Shown in pieces: positions 62,046 to 64,000 of a stretch of DNA of 64,000 nt (within the stretch, counting starts at the first letter, position 1; every line of letters starts with the position of its first letter). The notes under the pieces were generated by a model, which did no database searches, was not told where the DNA came from, and worked only from the letters and a program-made list of their open reading frames with translations. The position numbers and the translations under genes were made by a program. The DNA is taken from positions 11,904,001-11,968,000 of the forward strand of contig CATNEN010000001.1 in the NCBI GenBank assembly GCA_950097015.1, read 5' to 3'. This DNA comes from Macrostomum hystrix. Its lineage: Eukaryota > Animalia > Platyhelminthes.

Positions 62046-62347
62046 TCAGCGGTGGAGGCAATCGATAATCGTCTTCAACGAATTCGGGGTGATCAGACGC
62101 AACAGGCGGCAATCGATACTCATATTCACCAGTTTTATATAAACTTTGGCCCGTAGCATGCGGTGGCGGCAATCGATAATCGTCCTCGTCTGTTCTAGGA
62201 GGCATGCGATAATCATATTCGTTGCTAGGGTTACCGCCTCCTCTAGCAACCGTTGGAGGCATGCGATAATCATCTTCAGGTGCCTGGGCAGTTGGTCGTC
62301 TGATCGAAGAATTTAACGGGAATCGACCGGTTGAAACGTGGAGCGAT
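61966..62347 (-). CDS. Gab/DOS-like docking protein exon 3 (five acidic YR(M/L)PP repeats plus one degenerate YRIRT unit)
   Basis: Acceptor AG at 62349-62348, phase 2, in frame with ORF 62262. Encodes EDDYRMPP, EYDYRMPP, EDDYRLPP, EYEYRLPP, EDDYRLPP and EDAYRIRT. TGA at 61966. Confidence 0.8.
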
Positions 62348-62411
62348 CTGTAAAATAGAATTACAGATTTCTCATAGACATGCTTTATTAAATAAATCGT
62401 GATTCTGGTCT

Positions 62412-62675
62412 TGAAACCCGCTGTAAATCCCTTGATTGTAGCTCAGAAATCTCGTAGTAAATCCATTGATTAAAGCTCAGAAATCCCGCTGTTAATCCAT
62501 TAATTACATCTCAGAAATCCCGCTGTAAATCCATTGATTAAAGCTCAGAAATGCCGCTGTAAATCCATTGATTAAAGCTCACAAATCCCACTGAAAATCC
62601 TTTGATTATAGCTTAGAAATCCCACTGAAAATCCTTTGATTATAGCTTAGAAATCCCACTGAAAATCCCTTAATT
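62412..62675. repeat. 34-bp intronic minisatellite (GAAATCCCGCTGTAAATCCATTGATTAAAGCTCA)n, ~7 copies
   Basis: 34-nt period (e.g. 62480 and 62514). Confidence 0.9.
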
Positions 62676-62761
62676 TACAGTTATTTATCAAAGAGTAAAG
62701 ACCACATTCTAGGCTATAAATAATCTAGGCTAAATCGCGAGTCTAGTCCCACATTTCTTAC

Positions 62762-63291
62762 CTGATAGTGCCATCGATGCTATCGCCTGGAATGTAGCGA
62801 CCAGACGGTGAAAGCATGTTTTGGGAGAGCGGCTGAAATTGCTGCACTTGTAGAAATGACGCACCAGATAGAGGAGGAAATTGTCCTCTATAAGAGGGAT
62901 CGATAGTGCTATCATTTATCCCGGACAGATCGTCTTCGCCAAGTCCGCACGCGTTGCTCAGATGGCTGACCCAGCGCTCCATGGTATTGCTCTCTGGCAG
63001 GAAATAGTAGGTGCGCATCTGCCTGCGGTGGAGAGTCTCCAGCAGGAAGAATGCCGTCTGATCCCGTCTGAAGAATTCTGGCCTTGATGGGGCGCGGAGA
63101 AGCCTAGGCTGCAGCTTGTTCAACAGATATATTGGCGGAATTACGTAAGCAGTGATGTTATTGGCGTGCTCCAAATCCACCTGGCCCTTGCGCTTAGTCT
63201 GCAGTTTGTCTTCATAATAGGTCAGTAGGTAGTTGCTAGAGCGGTCTTTAGTTCTGATGCAGCTTAGTACGAAATAGCGACGCCGCCAGCG
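62762..63291 (-). CDS. Gab/DOS-like docking protein exon 2 (PH domain body)
   Basis: TTTTTATAG acceptor, GTAAG donor. Encodes RWRRRYFVL..LTYYEDK..KGQVDLE..RTYYFLPESNTMERWVSHLSNACGL, typical of Gab-family PH domains. Confidence 0.88.
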
Positions 63292-63361
63292 CTATAAAAA
63301 ATGAGGAAATTGTATCATTGGTGCAATAATACTAATGGATGATAATGCACTTTAGACTCAC

Positions 63362-63469
63362 TGGTTGAAGTGGCTGTGGCCTACGGAAAATGCTGGAACC
63401 ACCACCAGATGGTTGAAATGGCGGCGATTTAACCAGCCAGCCCTTGAATATAGTATCTCTCTGGTCCAT
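63362..63469 (-). CDS. Gab/DOS-like docking protein exon 1 (PH domain start)
   Basis: ATG at 63469 gives MDQRDTIFKGWLVKSPP (Gab GWLxKSPP signature). Donor GTGAGT at 63361, phase 0. Confidence 0.85.
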
Positions 63470-63721
63470 TGTCTCTGGTCCAGAACAGTTGCCAGGTGGA
63501 GACGTGCAACTATATAAGTTGGCCAGCTGAAACAGTGGTTTGGTAAAATGGGCTGATTTAAGTAGCCAGCCCTGTAGTATTGTATCACTCTGGTGATACA
63601 ATTTGCGCTTTCGCAACAGCAAAATCCAATACTGGAGTTTCTAGTGTTAAGCCTCCACTATTGGAGTTTCTACTGTATGGACTCCAATACTGGAGTTTCT
63701 ACATATAAAAGTCCCACCTCG

Positions 63722-64000
63722 ACACCCAACTCCCCACCTAGCCACCCAACTCCCCACCTAGCCACCCAACTCCCCACCTAGCCACCCAACTCCCCACCTA
63801 GCCACCCAACTCCCCACCTCGCCACCCAACTCCCCACCTAGCCACCCAATTCCCCACCTAGCCACCCAACTCCCCACCTAGCCACCCAACTCCCCACCTA
63901 GCCAACTCCCCACCTAGCCAACTCCCCACCTAGCCCGACAAACCGCCCAACCTAGCCACCCAACTCCCCACCTAGCCACCCAATTCCCAACCTAGCCACC
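63722..64000. repeat. 20-bp C-rich minisatellite (GCCACCCAACTCCCCACCTA)n running off the window end
   Basis: Direct reading. Confidence 0.95.

Overview
Eukaryotic, intron-containing animal genomic DNA that is very rich in tandem repeats. The many 16-34 bp minisatellites, CORE-type SINEs and short GT-AG introns resemble a flatworm such as Macrostomum, but that is inference only. By phasing splice sites I reconstructed three host loci. (1) A minus-strand ZU5-ZU5-(UPA)-death-domain gene of the DTHD1/PIDD type, with 6 exons at 6141-10049 and no start codon found. (2) A divergently transcribed plus-strand Goliath/RNF130/RNF150-family PA-TM-RING-H2 E3 ligase, with 6 exons at 17344-33356 and different minisatellite arrays in its four large introns. 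(3) A minus-strand Gab/DOS-like PH-domain docking gene (61966-63469) whose YRxPP-repeat exon runs, one frame apart, directly into an MKP/DUSP-type phosphatase segment whose catalytic exon is not visible. Mobile DNA includes three CORE-like tRNA-SINE copies, a second SINE family, a gypsy crumb, a frameshifted tyrosine recombinase without RT, a LINE endonuclease fragment and a 5'-truncated RTE-type LINE with four C-terminal zinc fingers. A ~19.9 kb 16-mer satellite with ~2.7/5.3 kb higher-order structure fills 41.2-61.1 kb. The best leads are the Gab-PH/DUSP chimera, a strongly structured ~450 nt RNA with a duplicated three-hairpin module (3.9-4.4 kb), a duplicated RNF terminal exon fused to LINE sequence through a CAG tract, and an orphan secreted protein with an internal duplication. 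There are no CRISPR arrays, rRNA genes or convincing true tRNA genes. The long repeat-derived ORFs are artefacts.
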